Source: Podarcis muralis (Eukaryota). From it: a DNA stretch of 64,000 nucleotides. The stretch lies in assembly GCF_964188315.1 (NCBI RefSeq), contig NC_135667.1, positions 26,908,001 through 26,972,000 on the forward strand. The letters run 5' to 3'. The notes beneath the pieces are model-generated. The model was not told the DNA's origin. It did no database searches and was given only the letters and a program-made list of their open reading frames with translations. Numbering within the stretch: the first letter of the stretch is position 1; each line of letters begins with the position of its first letter. A program made the translations under genes and the position numbers. Below, one piece after another: positions 61,684 through 64,000 of this stretch.

Positions 61684-63724
61684 ATGTTGATGTTAGTATT
61701 AATGTTGCTGCTTCTACTGCCTCACACAGCATGCCAAAACCAGAAGGTTCAATGTGGGATGCAGCACTCCCAGCCTTCTCTTCCCGGATATTATCAGTCA
61801 GGAGATTTCATCTTTGGATGCATTGTTCCAGTTGCCTTCAACAAACATTCTCGTGGGCCACAACAATTACCTAAAAAGTTTGTATAAAGAAAAAATTCTC
61901 CCTGGTACTCTACTTCTGTCTAGACGGTTGGAGAGCCCGGCCGATCTAATTAAAGACTAGATCTAGATTGCATTCTGTAGCTGAAAGGGAATAGATGCAA
62001 CAGTACACCTTTGCAAACCTGGCTTGAACACTGCAAAGTAATTTCACTTTGAAAATGTGACCATGGAAGAGAAAAGGAGGGAAACTGCACAGGAATCTCA
62101 TGATCTGTGTGTGAATAGAAAAACAAGTAGCCTCCAGACAATGTGTGCTGCAGGCAGCATTAATTAAAGAGGGGAATTGCAAGGAAGAAGGTCTTTTCCT
62201 CCTGGGTAAAAAGTCACTTGGCATATATTGAGGCTTTAAATGATTCTTCTTCATTCTTTTTACATCTCCATCCTCTTCAAGCTCTCTTCCCTATTGGACT
62301 TTCTTTCATTCCAGGATGGAGTGAATAGAAATATGACTAACCTCCAGGCAATTGCTTACTAGAATGTTTGGTAGGCAACATTAATTAAAGAGGCATTTTT
62401 CCCTGTAAAGGTGTCCATGTACAAAAAAGCTACCATGTATTGAGAGTTGGAGACATTATCTGACTTATATTTGCATTGCACCCTCTTCCTATTCTTAGTT
62501 CTCTTCCCTGTCAGCTTGATTTCATCCCAGGATTGTCTCATGCTGTTGAGAATCCTGTGAACCTACTGTAAATCCGGTGTATTTGAACTCCACAAACCAA
62601 GCTGCCTCCCCCCAAAAAATTGGAAGACAGTGCAGTTCCAAAAAAATAAAAATAAATCGCCCCACCCTGCTTTATTTCAGTATCATCAGGAGCCGAACCC
62701 TCACATCTAAATCCCCTTTATGTAATGATGCAAAATAGTATTATAGGGTGGAGGTGGGAAGAGGGGTGTAATTTAGGAAAGTAAGAAGAGCTTTAAGTTT
62801 GTGTGCATTCATTTTAGTACACCCTGTGGCAAATAATTTGCCTTAATTGAATAGAGCATGTTTCACCTTGGTTGATCCGATTTACATCCTATGCCCTTTT
62901 AAAAAAAATTTTGGGGGGGGAGGAAAGGGTTGGGTTGTTTTTGTTTTTATTAGGTATTTTGCAGTTTTATATCTTGATTTTATTCTGTGAACTGAGACCC
63001 CCAGGAATAGGGTGGTATATAAATTCAAAGAATAAAACTAATACTAATACTAATAATGTCAGTTAATATAGGCTTGTGGACTGATATGCTTGTCTTATTC
63101 CTGTTTTACTTACTACAGTTTAAAGAAACATAGTGTATATTTTCACGAATGACAAAAAAATTCAAAAATTAGACAGTGTAGAATATGTTTAAGAAACAAA
63201 ATGTTGATCTCTTTTTAGCATAGCGGCTGAGAACTACCAGCAGATGCCTTAGGAAGAGAAAGGGATAGAAGCTGCACAGGCATCTAATGATCTATATGTG
63301 TGGATAGGCAAAGGCTTATTAGAATGTGTTGCAGCAACAATAATTAAAGAGGAGGCCTTTTAAAAAAATCCATAATACAGGTTCGGAAAGTGTATAAGAT
63401 GTTTATGAAACAAAATGTCAATCTCTTTTAAGCATAATAACTGAGAACTACCAGCACATCCTGGCTTTGGCATTTGCTGTAAAGGAGATCAATGAAAATC
63501 CCCAGATCCTACCCAATATTACACTTGGATTCGGCATCCATGACAGCTATTTGAATCCAAATTTGATTTCTCGTGCCGTAATGGAATTTATTTCTCCCAA
63601 AAACAATTTTATCCCCTATTACAACTGTGATATCCAGAACAATCTACTGGCAGTCATTGGGGAACTGACATCTGAATTCTCCCACTCAATATCAAATGTT
63701 TTCAATATTTACAAGATTCCACAG
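61684..63724 (+). CDS. Vmn2r: Vomeronasal type 2 receptor D, exons 1-2 (continues beyond the window); recent duplicate of C
   Basis: Exon 1 61684-~61877 translates identically to C exon 1. Exon 2 63433-63724 differs from C by few residues (Q>H, L>I). Confidence 0.8.
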
Positions 63725-64000
63725 GTAAATCACCTCATTTCTAAATAGCATGCAGGCTTCCTCTACCTTTCATTCTAGAAATGCACTAATCCCAATTATG
63801 TAGACTTGTCCAGAAATGGGGGAGATATTAAATTCACATGTAAAGGCAAACTTACCTAATTTTCACATTCCGAAACAAGATCTGAACTAAAAAATAAAAT
63901 AAAATACAGCCAGCTTTTGAAATTTATGTTTCTCCTGATTTTGCAATGCATATAGAAATGCATATGCTGGTGTAAAAGTGTGTGTATGAGTGCATATATA

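Larger units (their letters stand above)
43805..64000. repeat. Segmental duplication: ~43805-47800 vs ~59187-64000
   Basis: Matching ORF pairs 43911/59295, 45259/61442, 45501/61684, 46695/62872, 47289/63467. Near-identical sequence apart from a ~0.8-kb indel. Confidence 0.92.

Overview
Eukaryotic genomic DNA, most likely a squamate reptile (Sauria SINEs, squamate-type L1/L2/CR1/Penelope fragments, expanded V2R genes; a lacertid lizard is my inference). Left part (about 3-19 kb): an unrecognised 3-exon plus-strand gene (predicted type II membrane protein), tail-to-tail with a minus-strand tandem array of four secreted AID/APOBEC-like zinc deaminase loci (SNAD1-like; HAE...SPCxxxC). I could reconstruct two as complete 3-exon genes with signal peptide, TATA box and an ISRE-like upstream element. 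One is an intact catalytic exon with no detectable leader exons of its own, and one is a truncated pseudogene. Right part (22.6-64 kb): a vomeronasal type 2 receptor cluster with two complete 6-exon genes on the minus strand, one 6-exon gene on the plus strand, and the first two exons of a very recent segmental duplicate of it. Many MITEs, SINEs and LINE fragments, plus a retroposed U6 fragment. All family assignments are from motif recognition; no database search was run.
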